From Arcobacteraceae bacterium (GTDB taxonomy: Bacteria > Campylobacterota > Campylobacteria > Campylobacterales > Arcobacteraceae), in contig OY759974.1 in assembly GCA_963662945.1 (NCBI GenBank), positions 1,696,001 through 1,760,000 on the forward strand: a stretch of 64,000 nucleotides of DNA. The letters are read 5' to 3'. Below, in pieces: positions 8,559-18,237 of this stretch. Position 1 is the first letter of the stretch; each line of letters opens with the position of its first letter. The notes under the pieces were generated by a model. That model saw only the letters and a list, made by a program, of their open reading frames with translations. It ran no database searches and was not told the origin of the DNA. A program made the position numbers and the translations under genes.

Positions 8559-9701
8559 ATGTTTAAATATTTTTATTACTTATTAGCTACATTACTATAT
8601 ATTTTAGCGATACCTTATCTTCTTATAAAATCAAGAAATCCAAAATATGCAAAAGCAATACCAGCAAAGTTTTTTTTACAGGATAACCCAAAATTTCAAA
8701 AAGATAAAATTTGGTTCCATAGTTGCTCTCATGGTGAGACAGTAGCTTTAAAGCCAATTTTTGAAAGATTATCAAAAGAAGAAATCAATCTTTCTGTTAT
8801 AACAAACACAGGATTTGAACAAGGGTTAAAGTTAGTAGAGAATGTAAGATATTTACCTTTTGAAATATTTTTACCATTTTGGATAACAAAACAAAAAGTA
8901 CTTGTGGTAATGGAAGCTGAGCTTTGGTATATGTTGTTTTTGGTAGCAAAAAGAAAAGGTGCAAAAACAATTTTACTCAATGCACGAATAAGTGATAAGT
9001 CTTACAAGTCGTATAAAAAGTTTTCTTATCTTTATAAACATATTTTTAAGTATGTAGATAAGATTTTTGCACAAAGCGAATTGGATAAAGAAAGACTTGA
9101 AGAGCTTGGTGGAAAAAATATTGAAGTTATAGGAAATATTAAATTAGCAAATCTTCCAAAAGTTACTAAAGAGTTAGAAAAACCAGATGAGATAGTTATT
9201 ACAGCTGGAAGTACACATAAAGGTGAAGAAGAGATTATCTTAAAATCTTGGAACAAAGCTATGGGAAAATTAGTCGTTGTACCAAGACATCCAGAAAGAT
9301 TTGATGAAGTATATGAGTTAATAAAAAACAGATGTAAAAATAGTGATATTTCATATCAAAGATATTCCCAAAAAGAGGATTTTGAAAGTGATATTATTTT
9401 AGTAGATGTTATGGGAGAGCTTAATAATATCTATGCTATAAGTGATGTAGTAATTTTAGGTGGTGGATTTATCAAAAGTGCAGGGGGACATAATCCTATT
9501 GAACCAGCATATTTTGGTTGTACATTGATAAGTGGAAAAATAATTTTTAATCAAAAATCACTTTTTGAGTGTGTGAATGATTATTATTTAATAGAAGAAG
9601 ATGAGTTACAAAATTATTTGATAAATTTAAAAAATTTAAAAAAATCAAGTTTACAAAAAATAGGTTCAATAGAACCAATAATCCAAGAGATAAAGGGATA
9701 A
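8559..9701 (+). CDS. waaA: Kdo transferase
   Basis: IWFHSCSHGE, EAELW, NARISDKS, VPRHPERF, GGHNPIEPA. Confidence 0.95.
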   Translation: MFKYFYYLLATLLYILAIPYLLIKSRNPKYAKAIPAKFFLQDNPKFQKDKIWFHSCSHGETVALKPIFERLSKEEINLSVITNTGFEQGLKLVENVRYLPFEIFLPFWITKQKVLVVMEAELWYMLFLVAKRKGAKTILLNARISDKSYKSYKKFSYLYKHIFKYVDKIFAQSELDKERLEELGGKNIEVIGNIKLANLPKVTKELEKPDEIVITAGSTHKGEEEIILKSWNKAMGKLVVVPRHPERFDEVYELIKNRCKNSDISYQRYSQKEDFESDIILVDVMGELNNIYAISDVVILGGGFIKSAGGHNPIEPAYFGCTLISGKIIFNQKSLFECVNDYYLIEEDELQNYLINLKNLKKSSLQKIGSIEPIIQEIKG

Positions 9702-9705
9702 AAAG

Positions 9706-10443
9706 ATGGAAAAAGCATATAAATTATTAGCAATTCAAGAGGGAATTTCAAACGGAAAAGCGAAAGAACTTATAGATAAAGGTGTAGTTACAGTCAATGG
9801 AAAAAAACTTGTGGTAGCTCGTGGAGAACTGAGAGATGATACAGTTTTTAAAGTAAAAGAGATTGCAAATGCAAGAGTTATTTTTGAAGATGATGATATC
9901 CTTGTTGTTGATAAACCAGCATTCTTAAATGCTCAAGAGGTTGAAGCTAGATTTCCTCAAGCTGTATTGTTAAATAGACTTGATAAAGAAACAAGTGGTG
10001 TGATGATGTTAGCAAAAAATGAAGAATTTCAAAAAAGAGCTATTAAAGAGTTCAAAAATCATAGAGTTTATAAAGAATATGTAGCTATCGTTGAGGGAAA
10101 AATTGTAGAAGAGGTTGTTATAGATACACCAATCTCTACAATCAAGGGGAAAACTGCAAAAAGTAGAATCGATGAAAAACATGGTAAACCAGCTAAAACT
10201 ACAGTAACTCCATATATGGTAGAGGGAAATAAATCAAAAGTAAAAATCGTGATAGAAAATGGAAGAACTCATCAAATAAGAGTGCATCTTCAATCTGTAG
10301 GGATGCCTATCATTGGTGATTTACAATATGGAAAAGCTTCGAGTCAAGTTCAAAGAGTAATGTTGCATAGTAAAATTACTAAAATATTTGATTATGAATT
10401 TGAAGCAAAAGAACCAAAAGAGTTTTATCATTTTGGATTTTAA
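9706..10443 (+). CDS. RluA/RluD-family pseudouridine synthase with S4 domain
   Basis: RLDKETSG, GRTHQIRVH, PIIGDLQYG. Confidence 0.93.
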   Translation: MEKAYKLLAIQEGISNGKAKELIDKGVVTVNGKKLVVARGELRDDTVFKVKEIANARVIFEDDDILVVDKPAFLNAQEVEARFPQAVLLNRLDKETSGVMMLAKNEEFQKRAIKEFKNHRVYKEYVAIVEGKIVEEVVIDTPISTIKGKTAKSRIDEKHGKPAKTTVTPYMVEGNKSKVKIVIENGRTHQIRVHLQSVGMPIIGDLQYGKASSQVQRVMLHSKITKIFDYEFEAKEPKEFYHFGF

Positions 10444-10462
10444 TCTCTAATATCTCTATCCT

Positions 10463-10495
10463 AACAAGCTTTTTCTAAGCTTGTTTCCTTTTTTT
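10463..10495 (+). terminator. Probable intrinsic terminator
   Basis: AACAAGCTT-TTTCT-AAGCTTGTT followed by a T-run. Confidence 0.6.
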
Positions 10496-10519
10496 AACCT
10501 TAAATCATGTGACAATTTT

Positions 10520-10553
10520 CTGTTACTTTTCTGTTACAATTGTATGATAAAAT
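10520..10553 (+). promoter_or_regulatory. Pho-box-like direct repeat plus extended -10
   Basis: CTGTTAC-TTTT-CTGTTAC (10520-10537), then 10 nt to TAAAAT (10548-10553), which is preceded by TGn. Confidence 0.6.
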
Positions 10554-10574
10554 TAATTATATGTGAGGTTTTGT

Positions 10575-11018
10575 ATGAAAAATTATTTAATATCTACAAT
10601 TTTTATTTCTTTTGTTATTGTAATGTTTTTTGTGAAGTTTCATACTTTTGTTGAAACCACATATATCATTAATTTTTTTAGTGATAATGTAGTATATTTA
10701 TTTGTATCTTTTTTATTTATAAATGCAAGTGCTTTGGGAGTCGTACTTTTGGAAGCAGGAGAGCTTATCAAAAATGATTTTATAACAACTAAGCAAGTTA
10801 TGATTTCTATAAATAAACAAATGAGGCTAATTAACAAACAAATTGTTTTAGTGTTTATTGCAATGTGTTTTTTAATATATTTTGATTCTATTTTTATTGA
10901 AAATAATCAAGAATATATATCTTTTCTTAATCTGTTTATCATCACTTTTTTTATGTATGAATTGGTAATATTATATGATACTGTAAAAAGTGTATTTATC
11001 GTTTCTAAAGTAAAATAA
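10575..11018 (+). CDS. Hypothetical multi-pass membrane protein (~4 TM)
   Basis: ATG at 10575 preceded by GAGG; four hydrophobic segments. Confidence 0.7.
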   Translation: MKNYLISTIFISFVIVMFFVKFHTFVETTYIINFFSDNVVYLFVSFLFINASALGVVLLEAGELIKNDFITTKQVMISINKQMRLINKQIVLVFIAMCFLIYFDSIFIENNQEYISFLNLFIITFFMYELVILYDTVKSVFIVSKVK

Positions 11019-11120
11019 ATCTTTTTCTTTCCTAATTCTAGGAGATTAATCTAAACTTAAATTATGTGACATTATTTAGATAAGATATGGTTATAATAAT
11101 AGATAAAATCAAAGGTAAAA

Positions 11121-11309
11121 AAGTTCAAAGACACTTAGGACAGATTTATTATAATTGACAAGACTGATGTCTATCATATCGGTGCTAGTTTGAAAGACTT
11201 TGGTAAAAAGTGCTTTGTATTCATTCTTTTTGAATTATATGCTTTTTCTAGGTTTGATACGGGGGTATTTGCTTTTTCGAGTAGATTGGAGTGTAATATA
11301 TACAAGTAA
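11121..11309 (+). pseudogene. Remnant resembling the C-terminal domain of ORF6N/RhuM-type proteins
   Basis: Own translation KFKDT*DRFIIIDKTDVYHIGASLKDFGKKCF...AFSRFD matches the HDRFLIID...YHIGASLKDLGKK signature, with TAG (11136-11138) at the His position and no start codon. Confidence 0.7.
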
Positions 11310-11363
11310 CAATATAATTATAATTATTAAAATAAGTAATTGAATACAATAAAAAGGTAAAAA

Positions 11364-12566
11364 ATGAAAGATAAAATATTTTTAAGTACAAAGAATAAAC
11401 TTATAGAAATTAATGAAGATGAATTAAGAATAAATGGAATTATACTAAAAGAAAAACAAGGTGAAGAAACTATTGAATATAAGCTATCTACTAGTATGCC
11501 TGAAGATAGATTAGTAGTGAAAGCTTTAGAACTAACTCAAAATTATTATATTAAATCTCTTGAAAAATTAGTATCTGCTGATAGGCTCCTTGTTTTAACT
11601 GGTGCGGGTAGTTCAAAAGATGATGCTTTATTTGGTGGCAAATTAATGACTGAACTTTGGGATCACATAACTACTCTTGTAAATCAAGACTTTAATTTTG
11701 AGACCTTTTTAAGTATTTTAGAAATTGATGGAGATGTAAAAAAAAATAAAGATTTAGAAATAGTTCTATCTAAAGCAAAACTATACTTAGAGTTTAAAAA
11801 TGATAGTAATGTCAATTTTCATGTAGATACAATAGAAAGAGCAATTTTAAGTCAATGTAGTTTTTCGTTAATAGATAAATCAATACACTTAGAGTTTATC
11901 AAAAAACTTACAAGTAGAAAAACAAAGCAATCAAGATTAAAAATATTTACGACTAACTATGACAAAGCATTTGAAGAAGCTGGTGCAGAAGGTGGATATG
12001 TAATTATTGATGGTTTTTCATTTACGCAGCCTAGAAAATTTAGTGGCAAATATTTTGACTATGATATTGTTATTAGAGAAAATAGTCGTACTTCATCTAC
12101 TGAAAATTTTGCCAACAATGTATTTCACTTGTATAAATTGCATGGATCAGTAAATTGGGAAAAACAAAGCAATGAAATTTTTCAAGTTGATAAACCATCT
12201 AAAGCTATGATGATATATCCGAATAGTAACAAATATGAATCATCTTATGAACAGCCTTATTTTGAAATGATGAGTAGATTTCAAAGTGAACTAAGAAAAG
12301 GAGGAACTACTACTTTGATTGTAGTAGGATTTAGTTTTGCTGATAAACATATTTTTACAATGACAATTGAAGCGTTAAATCAAAATCCAAGTTTAAATAT
12401 CGTTATTATAGAACCATTTATTAATCCTGAAATAAATGAGAACTTTAAAAAGTTGTTCGAATTATCAAAAAGAAGTAGCCAAGTATTAATCATAGGTGAA
12501 TTTTTTAAAGATTTTGTAACAAATTTGCCTTCTAGCCAATATTTAGACTTTAATGGTAACTCATAA
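11364..12566 (+). CDS. SIR2-family NADase of a SIR2-HerA defence system
   Basis: LVLTGAGSS, IFTTNYD, LYKLHGSVNW, VVGFSFADKH; TAATG overlap with the HerA gene. Confidence 0.92.
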   Translation: MKDKIFLSTKNKLIEINEDELRINGIILKEKQGEETIEYKLSTSMPEDRLVVKALELTQNYYIKSLEKLVSADRLLVLTGAGSSKDDALFGGKLMTELWDHITTLVNQDFNFETFLSILEIDGDVKKNKDLEIVLSKAKLYLEFKNDSNVNFHVDTIERAILSQCSFSLIDKSIHLEFIKKLTSRKTKQSRLKIFTTNYDKAFEEAGAEGGYVIIDGFSFTQPRKFSGKYFDYDIVIRENSRTSSTENFANNVFHLYKLHGSVNWEKQSNEIFQVDKPSKAMMIYPNSNKYESSYEQPYFEMMSRFQSELRKGGTTTLIVVGFSFADKHIFTMTIEALNQNPSLNIVIIEPFINPEINENFKKLFELSKRSSQVLIIGEFFKDFVTNLPSSQYLDFNGNS

Positions 12567-14266
12567 TGAATAAGCATATTTTTGTTAATGATAAATTTGT
12601 AGGATATATTTCGAAAGTCACACCGAACTTTTCTAATATTCATTTTCCAACACCTACTCTCCTGAAAAAATTTTGGCACTATGAGGATGAATTGTCTGGT
12701 GGAATTGTTGGTAATTATGTTGTGATTGAAGGTGAAAACTTTGGTTTTTTAGGAAAACTACAAGAAGTGTCTTTACCTGAAAAAGAACAAAATTTTCTAG
12801 GAGAACATGCTTTTTATGATTCAAGTTTTCATCCTCAAGGCAAAATAGAATTATTATTATCATTTAATTATTATTCGACAAAAATAGATAAAGGGCTTGA
12901 TAAATATCCTGCTGTTGGTTCTAAAGTATATTTATGTTCAGCAGATTTAATAAAAACATTATTTGTAAGTGACAATTCTAATGGTAGTGTATCTTTTGAT
13001 ATAGCCAAGCTTACTAATGGTTTGGAAACTGACCTTCCCTTGAATCCCAATCAACTTTTTGGACGACATTGTGCTATAGTAGGTACAACTGGAGGAGGTA
13101 AAAGCTATACAATATCAAGGATACTTGAAGAGTTTTTACATCTAAATAAATCAAAAGCTATTTTAATAGACGCTACTGGAGAGTATGAAAACTTTTATGA
13201 CTTAGAAAATGTAAAAACAGTAAAGTTCGGTGCAAATGATGAAGATACATTTTTTCACTATTCAAGACTTAGAACGATGGATTTAGTAGCTTTATTTAGA
13301 CCAAGTGAAAATACACAAAAACCAAAATTAATTAACGCAATAGAAAGCCTCCGAACAGTAGAATATTATAATGTGAATAAAGATGTAAGTAATCCGACAT
13401 TCAATATTTTTAAAAAAGCGAATGAACCAAAAACTACTTATAATTCTTGGTATACATTAGCTAGAGCAGAAAAAAATTTTGATAATAGTTATTTTAATAT
13501 GAGAAACCTAAATCATCAACTAAACGAAGAATGTGTGAAGCTTAGTAGTGGTAATAATCAAACGATGTATGGCGATTATAACAATCAAGAAAAAGGATAT
13601 ATAACTTCATTATTGACAAGAATAGAGGTTCTTAAAAATAATAGTTTTTTTAATAATATATTTGGATTTAATAAACAATTAAATGATAACAATGAATTTA
13701 ATCAAGAATTAGAAAATTTTTTAGATATTAATCAAACAGAGCAAACATTATTTATAATATCACTGAAAGATGCATCATTTGAAAAAGGTTTAAGAGAAAT
13801 ATTAACAAATTCAATTGGTAACTATTTATTGGAAGAAGCTAGGCAATATAAATTTAAAGAAAATCCTCTTGTATTATTTGTTGATGAAGCACATCAGTTT
13901 CTAAAAAAAACTATTGCTGATGATTCGTTTCAAGATTTGGAGTTAGATGCTTTCGATAAAATAGCTAAAGAATGTAGAAAACATGGATTATTTTTATGTA
14001 TATCAACCCAAACACCAAGAGATATACCAGTAGGTACATTAAGTCAAATGGGTACATTTATAGTACATAGACTTATAAATGAAACAGATAGAAGTGTAAT
14101 AGAAAAAGCTTGTTCAGAAGGTAATAAAAGTTCATTGTCATATTTACCTACTTTACAATCAGGTGAAGCACTTTTAATAAGTATTGAAATGCCCATGCCA
14201 ATTATTATTAAAATTAAAGAACCTAATATAAAGCCTACATCATTAACACCAAAACTTTTTCAATAA
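12566..14266 (+). CDS. HerA/FtsK-family ATPase (DUF87) with N-terminal HAS-barrel-like region
   Basis: RHCAIVGTTGGGKS (Walker A), LFVDEAH (Walker B), ECRKHG, STQTPRDI. Confidence 0.92.
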   Translation: MNKHIFVNDKFVGYISKVTPNFSNIHFPTPTLLKKFWHYEDELSGGIVGNYVVIEGENFGFLGKLQEVSLPEKEQNFLGEHAFYDSSFHPQGKIELLLSFNYYSTKIDKGLDKYPAVGSKVYLCSADLIKTLFVSDNSNGSVSFDIAKLTNGLETDLPLNPNQLFGRHCAIVGTTGGGKSYTISRILEEFLHLNKSKAILIDATGEYENFYDLENVKTVKFGANDEDTFFHYSRLRTMDLVALFRPSENTQKPKLINAIESLRTVEYYNVNKDVSNPTFNIFKKANEPKTTYNSWYTLARAEKNFDNSYFNMRNLNHQLNEECVKLSSGNNQTMYGDYNNQEKGYITSLLTRIEVLKNNSFFNNIFGFNKQLNDNNEFNQELENFLDINQTEQTLFIISLKDASFEKGLREILTNSIGNYLLEEARQYKFKENPLVLFVDEAHQFLKKTIADDSFQDLELDAFDKIAKECRKHGLFLCISTQTPRDIPVGTLSQMGTFIVHRLINETDRSVIEKACSEGNKSSLSYLPTLQSGEALLISIEMPMPIIIKIKEPNIKPTSLTPKLFQ

Positions 14267-14282
14267 GAGGAGAATCAATAAT

Positions 14283-15116
14283 ATGGATATAGTAAAATGT
14301 ACTTTAGATAATAAAACATATAGTGTTAAAGAATTTGAAAAACTTGACCCTTCTGAATTAGCTCAAAAAAGAAGGTTTTTAGAGTGTAAGTGTGGAGGTC
14401 CTGCTTTTTTTCGTAAAGCTTCACGAAGTGGTCAAGGAGCATGTTTTGGTGCAAGACCACATAAAGGAGATTGTGATTTAGCTTCTCCAGACAGTGAAAG
14501 TCTAAATGGAAGTTTATCTCCTGAGGATAAAGAGTTTATAAACTCAGGAAATGAAATAAGATTAGATTTACAATATGGTGCAGTGGAAAGTAAACATATT
14601 ACAGATGATGAGGATTTAAATGAAGCTGGAAAGAATAAAGGCTCATCTCATTCAGCAGAGAATGGAAAAGGAAAAAGTGTTCTTCAAAGAAGGTTGAGTA
14701 CTTTACTTCGCACATTAGTTAAGGAAAAAGACTTTTTTAAAGATTCTACTCAAGAAATTTATTTTAAAGCTAAACATCCATATTATGCAAAAAACTTTTT
14801 TATACATTCTGATTATATTACAAATGAATATGTAAAAAATATTAATTTTAGAAGTTATAGAGCAATTTGGAGTTTAATATCAGATTGTAGGTATTCTAAT
14901 GATGAAAAAAGTTTATGGATAAATACTGGTGGAAATGACAATATAAGTATTTTGATTGAAGAAGAATTTCTTAATGCTTTTCTTGATAGATTTAAAGTAA
15001 AAGATATTGAAGATTTATCAGGTAAATATGTTTTAAATATTGGAAAGTTAAAAGAATCTAAGCATAATAAAATTTATTCAATATTAGAAGACATATCTTA
15101 TATCTCTGTAGTATAA
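14283..15116 (+). CDS. Hypothetical protein with N-terminal Cys/His (zinc-ribbon-like) cluster
   Basis: CKCGG...CFGARPHKGDC; GAGGAG RBS; 16 nt after herA. Confidence 0.8.
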   Translation: MDIVKCTLDNKTYSVKEFEKLDPSELAQKRRFLECKCGGPAFFRKASRSGQGACFGARPHKGDCDLASPDSESLNGSLSPEDKEFINSGNEIRLDLQYGAVESKHITDDEDLNEAGKNKGSSHSAENGKGKSVLQRRLSTLLRTLVKEKDFFKDSTQEIYFKAKHPYYAKNFFIHSDYITNEYVKNINFRSYRAIWSLISDCRYSNDEKSLWINTGGNDNISILIEEEFLNAFLDRFKVKDIEDLSGKYVLNIGKLKESKHNKIYSILEDISYISVV

Positions 15117-15266
15117 TATAAATATTTCTAAAAAATATTAAGACCTTCAACAGACTTGTATTTATATGTTTTTAATAATAATTTTCAAAGGATATACTAA
15201 ACCTTACAACAAAATATGTTAAACTAAATAATCAATTTAGAAAAATCAAAAGGTATTATAAATATT

Positions 15267-16442
15267 ATGAAAAACTTATGGACAGATGACGAATCAAGCA
15301 ACTACAAGACAGATTTAGAACTTCGAGTTTATACTTCACAACTATTGGGTAGAAGTGATGAGCTAGTACTTCATGGGGGTGGAAACACTTCTGTGAAATC
15401 TATCGTTGACGGACAAGATATATTGTATGTCAAAGGAAGTGGTTGGGATCTTGTGAGTATTGAAAAAGAGGGCTTTGCTCCTGTGGAACTTACTATGTTG
15501 CAAGATATGGCAAAAGTTGAAGAGCTAAGCGATAGTGAGATGGTATCAGCTCAAAGAGAAGCTATGATAGATAAGTCCGCTCCAAATCCATCTGTAGAAG
15601 CTATACTTCATGCAATCATCCCTTTTAAATTTGTAGACCATACCCATGCAGATGCGGTTGTAACTATCTCAAACAGTATAGATGGGGAAAAATATATCAA
15701 AGAGGTGTATCCAAACTTTTTGGTTATCCCTTATGTGATGCCTGGATTTATACTAGCACATACAATTTATAAGATGATACAAGGATTAGATTGGGAGAGT
15801 TGCGAGGGGATTATCTTACTTAATCATGGGATATTTACTTTTGATGATGATGCGAAAAAATCATATGATAAGATGATAGATGCCGTGACACTTGCTGAAA
15901 ACTTTTTAGATAAAAATGCTCCACTAGAGATAGAAAAATATAGCCCGCGAGGGATGCTTGATATTGATAAACTCCAACAAATCATAAGTAGTGAGAAAGG
16001 GTATGAAGTATTTGTAAAAGTAAATCAATCTCCACTAGCACTTCACTACGCTTCAACTAGAAACCTCAAAACATTTGCTACAAGAGGGGTACTTACACCT
16101 GAACATATCATACGAACAAAAAGAGAGCCACTTATCTTAGAAGATGATAATATTCAAAGTGCAATAGATAGATACAAAGAGGATTATACAGCATATTTCA
16201 ATACTCACAAAAAAGATGAGATTATGTTAAATCCATCTCCAAACTGGGTAGTGGTAAAAAACTTTGGAACAGTAAGCTTTGGAAAAAATGAAAAAGAAGC
16301 AAGTATCATAGAAGATATAAACAACCACACTATGAATGCTGTTTTAAAAGCAGATATGTTAGGTGGCTATGAAAGTATAAGCTTACAAGATAGCTTTGAG
16401 ATGGAATATTGGGAACTCGAACAAGCCAAACTTAAAAAGTAG
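15267..16442 (+). CDS. Class II aldolase/adducin-family protein (aldolase half of the RhaD-SDR bifunctional family)
   Basis: GGGNTSVK, VKGSGWDL, PSVEAILH, VDHTHAD, LLNHGIF; ends at EYWELEQAKL with no SDR domain. Confidence 0.88.
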   Translation: MKNLWTDDESSNYKTDLELRVYTSQLLGRSDELVLHGGGNTSVKSIVDGQDILYVKGSGWDLVSIEKEGFAPVELTMLQDMAKVEELSDSEMVSAQREAMIDKSAPNPSVEAILHAIIPFKFVDHTHADAVVTISNSIDGEKYIKEVYPNFLVIPYVMPGFILAHTIYKMIQGLDWESCEGIILLNHGIFTFDDDAKKSYDKMIDAVTLAENFLDKNAPLEIEKYSPRGMLDIDKLQQIISSEKGYEVFVKVNQSPLALHYASTRNLKTFATRGVLTPEHIIRTKREPLILEDDNIQSAIDRYKEDYTAYFNTHKKDEIMLNPSPNWVVVKNFGTVSFGKNEKEASIIEDINNHTMNAVLKADMLGGYESISLQDSFEMEYWELEQAKLKK

Positions 16443-16450
16443 GACAAAAA

Positions 16451-18007
16451 ATGCAACAATATTTAATGGCAATAGATGCAGGAACAGGAAGTGTAAGAGC
16501 TGTAATATTTGATATAGAGGGAAATCAAATAGCAATGTCACAACAAGAGTGGACACATCTTGAAGAGGTAGGCGTTCCTAACTCTATGAGTTTTGATTGT
16601 GATACAAACTGGGAGTTAACTGTATCTTGTATCCAAGAGTCTATAAAGTTAGCTAATATTGATGCTAAAGATATAGTTGCTGTAAGTTCTACAAGCATGA
16701 GAGAGGGGATTGTCCTTTATGATAAAGAAGGAGTTGAACTTTTTGCTGTTGCTAATGTAGATGCAAGAGCAGGGGATGAGGTAAAGTATCTTCATGAGCA
16801 TTTTAATGGACTTGAAGAGCAGTTTTATAAAGAGTCTGGGCAAACCTTTGCTTTGGGTGCAATTCCTCGTATTATGTGGCTTAAAAACAATAAACCAGAA
16901 CTTTATAATCAAGTAGCCAAAATAGGGATGATAAGTGATTGGATACTTTATAAACTAAGTGGCATATTTTCAAGTGACCCAAGTAATAGTGGTACAAGTG
17001 GTATCTTTAGTTTAGAAAAAAGAGATTGGGTAGCTTCAATGGCTTCAAATGTAGGACTAAAAGATGATATTTTTCCAAATGTTTACGAAGTAGGAGAGGT
17101 TATAGGAAGAGTTACAGATAATACTTGTGGACTGGAAAGTTCTACATTAGTGGTACAAGGTGGTGGAGATGTACAACTTGGTTCTGCTGGTCTTGGAGTT
17201 GTAGAACTTGGAGATGTAGCTATTTTAGGTGGTTCATTTTGGCAACAAATAGTCAATATAAAAAGTGACATAACACCACCTGCTGATATGAGTATTCGAG
17301 TAAATCCACACGTAGTTTCAAACCAATCACAAGCGGAAGGGATCACTTTTTTTAGTGGTTTGGTTATGCGATGGTTTCGAGATGCTTTTTGTGATATGGA
17401 AAAGCTAGAAGCTAAAGAAAAAGGTGTAGATGTTTATGAGATACTTGAAAGCAAAGCTTCACAAGTACCAGTTGGTTCAAATGGTATTATTCCTATATTT
17501 AGTGATAGTATGAAATATGGGAAATGGTACCATGCAGCTCCTAGTTTTTTAAATCTAAGTATTGACCCAAATATTTGTAATCGCCCATCAATGTTTAGAA
17601 GTTTACAAGAAAATGCGTGTATCGTAAGTGATATAAACTTGAAAAAAATAGAAGCCTTTAGTGGTATAAAAGCTAAAACAATAGTATTTGCAAGTGGGGC
17701 TAGTCGTGGGAAACTTTGGTGCCAAATTTTAGCTGATGTAACTGGTTGTACTATAAAAGTGCCAAAAGTAACTGAAGCTACAGCTTTGGGGGCTGCTATG
17801 GCGGCTGGAGTTGGTGCTGGAATTTATAGTGATTTACAAACTGCTGCAAAAAAGCTTGTAGTTTGGGATAAAAAGTATCAACCAAATATGGCAAACCATG
17901 AAAAATATAAAGAGATAAAAGAGACTTGGCAAAAAGCGTACGATAAGCAACTAGAGCTTGTAGATGAGGGGATTACAACCTCTATGTGGAAAGCACCAGG
18001 TTTATAG
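16451..18007 (+). CDS. lsrK: Autoinducer-2 (DPD) kinase, FGGY family
   Basis: YLMAIDAGTGSVRAVIFD, SMREGIVLYD, ANVDARA, GQTFALGA, LGGSFWQQ, IRVNPHV, C-terminal TTSMWKAPGL. Confidence 0.9.
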   Translation: MQQYLMAIDAGTGSVRAVIFDIEGNQIAMSQQEWTHLEEVGVPNSMSFDCDTNWELTVSCIQESIKLANIDAKDIVAVSSTSMREGIVLYDKEGVELFAVANVDARAGDEVKYLHEHFNGLEEQFYKESGQTFALGAIPRIMWLKNNKPELYNQVAKIGMISDWILYKLSGIFSSDPSNSGTSGIFSLEKRDWVASMASNVGLKDDIFPNVYEVGEVIGRVTDNTCGLESSTLVVQGGGDVQLGSAGLGVVELGDVAILGGSFWQQIVNIKSDITPPADMSIRVNPHVVSNQSQAEGITFFSGLVMRWFRDAFCDMEKLEAKEKGVDVYEILESKASQVPVGSNGIIPIFSDSMKYGKWYHAAPSFLNLSIDPNICNRPSMFRSLQENACIVSDINLKKIEAFSGIKAKTIVFASGASRGKLWCQILADVTGCTIKVPKVTEATALGAAMAAGVGAGIYSDLQTAAKKLVVWDKKYQPNMANHEKYKEIKETWQKAYDKQLELVDEGITTSMWKAPGL

Positions 18008-18021
18008 GTAATTTAAAAATC

Positions 18022-18187
18022 GCACAATTCTATATTCAGTTTTAGTTAAGATTAACAAAAAAATTACGCGTGATTTGAAGATAGAGAGCAAGGAATTAAT
18101 AGCTTTATAAATGAAGAGCTATAATAAGTAATTAACTACTAAAGCTATTTTCTTTAATCTTAACTAAAACTGAATATAGAATTGTGC
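18022..18187. repeat. 166-bp element bounded by perfect 34-bp inverted repeats
   Basis: GCACAATTCTATATTCAGTTTTAGTTAAGATTAA (18022-18055) and its exact reverse complement (18154-18187); internal hairpins. Confidence 0.9.
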
Positions 18188-18237
18188 TAGATTAAAAAAT
18201 ATTTGATACAATACAAAAAATAAAATAAGGATAAAGA

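Noticed and set aside
11261..11265. Homopolymer runs as phase-variation tracts
   Set aside because: The G/C runs I saw reach only about 5 nt, and A/T runs are expected at this base composition
18022..18187. Retron ncRNA or toxin-antitoxin assignment for the inverted-repeat element
   Set aside because: No reverse transcriptase and no credible small toxin ORF; kept only as an unassigned element
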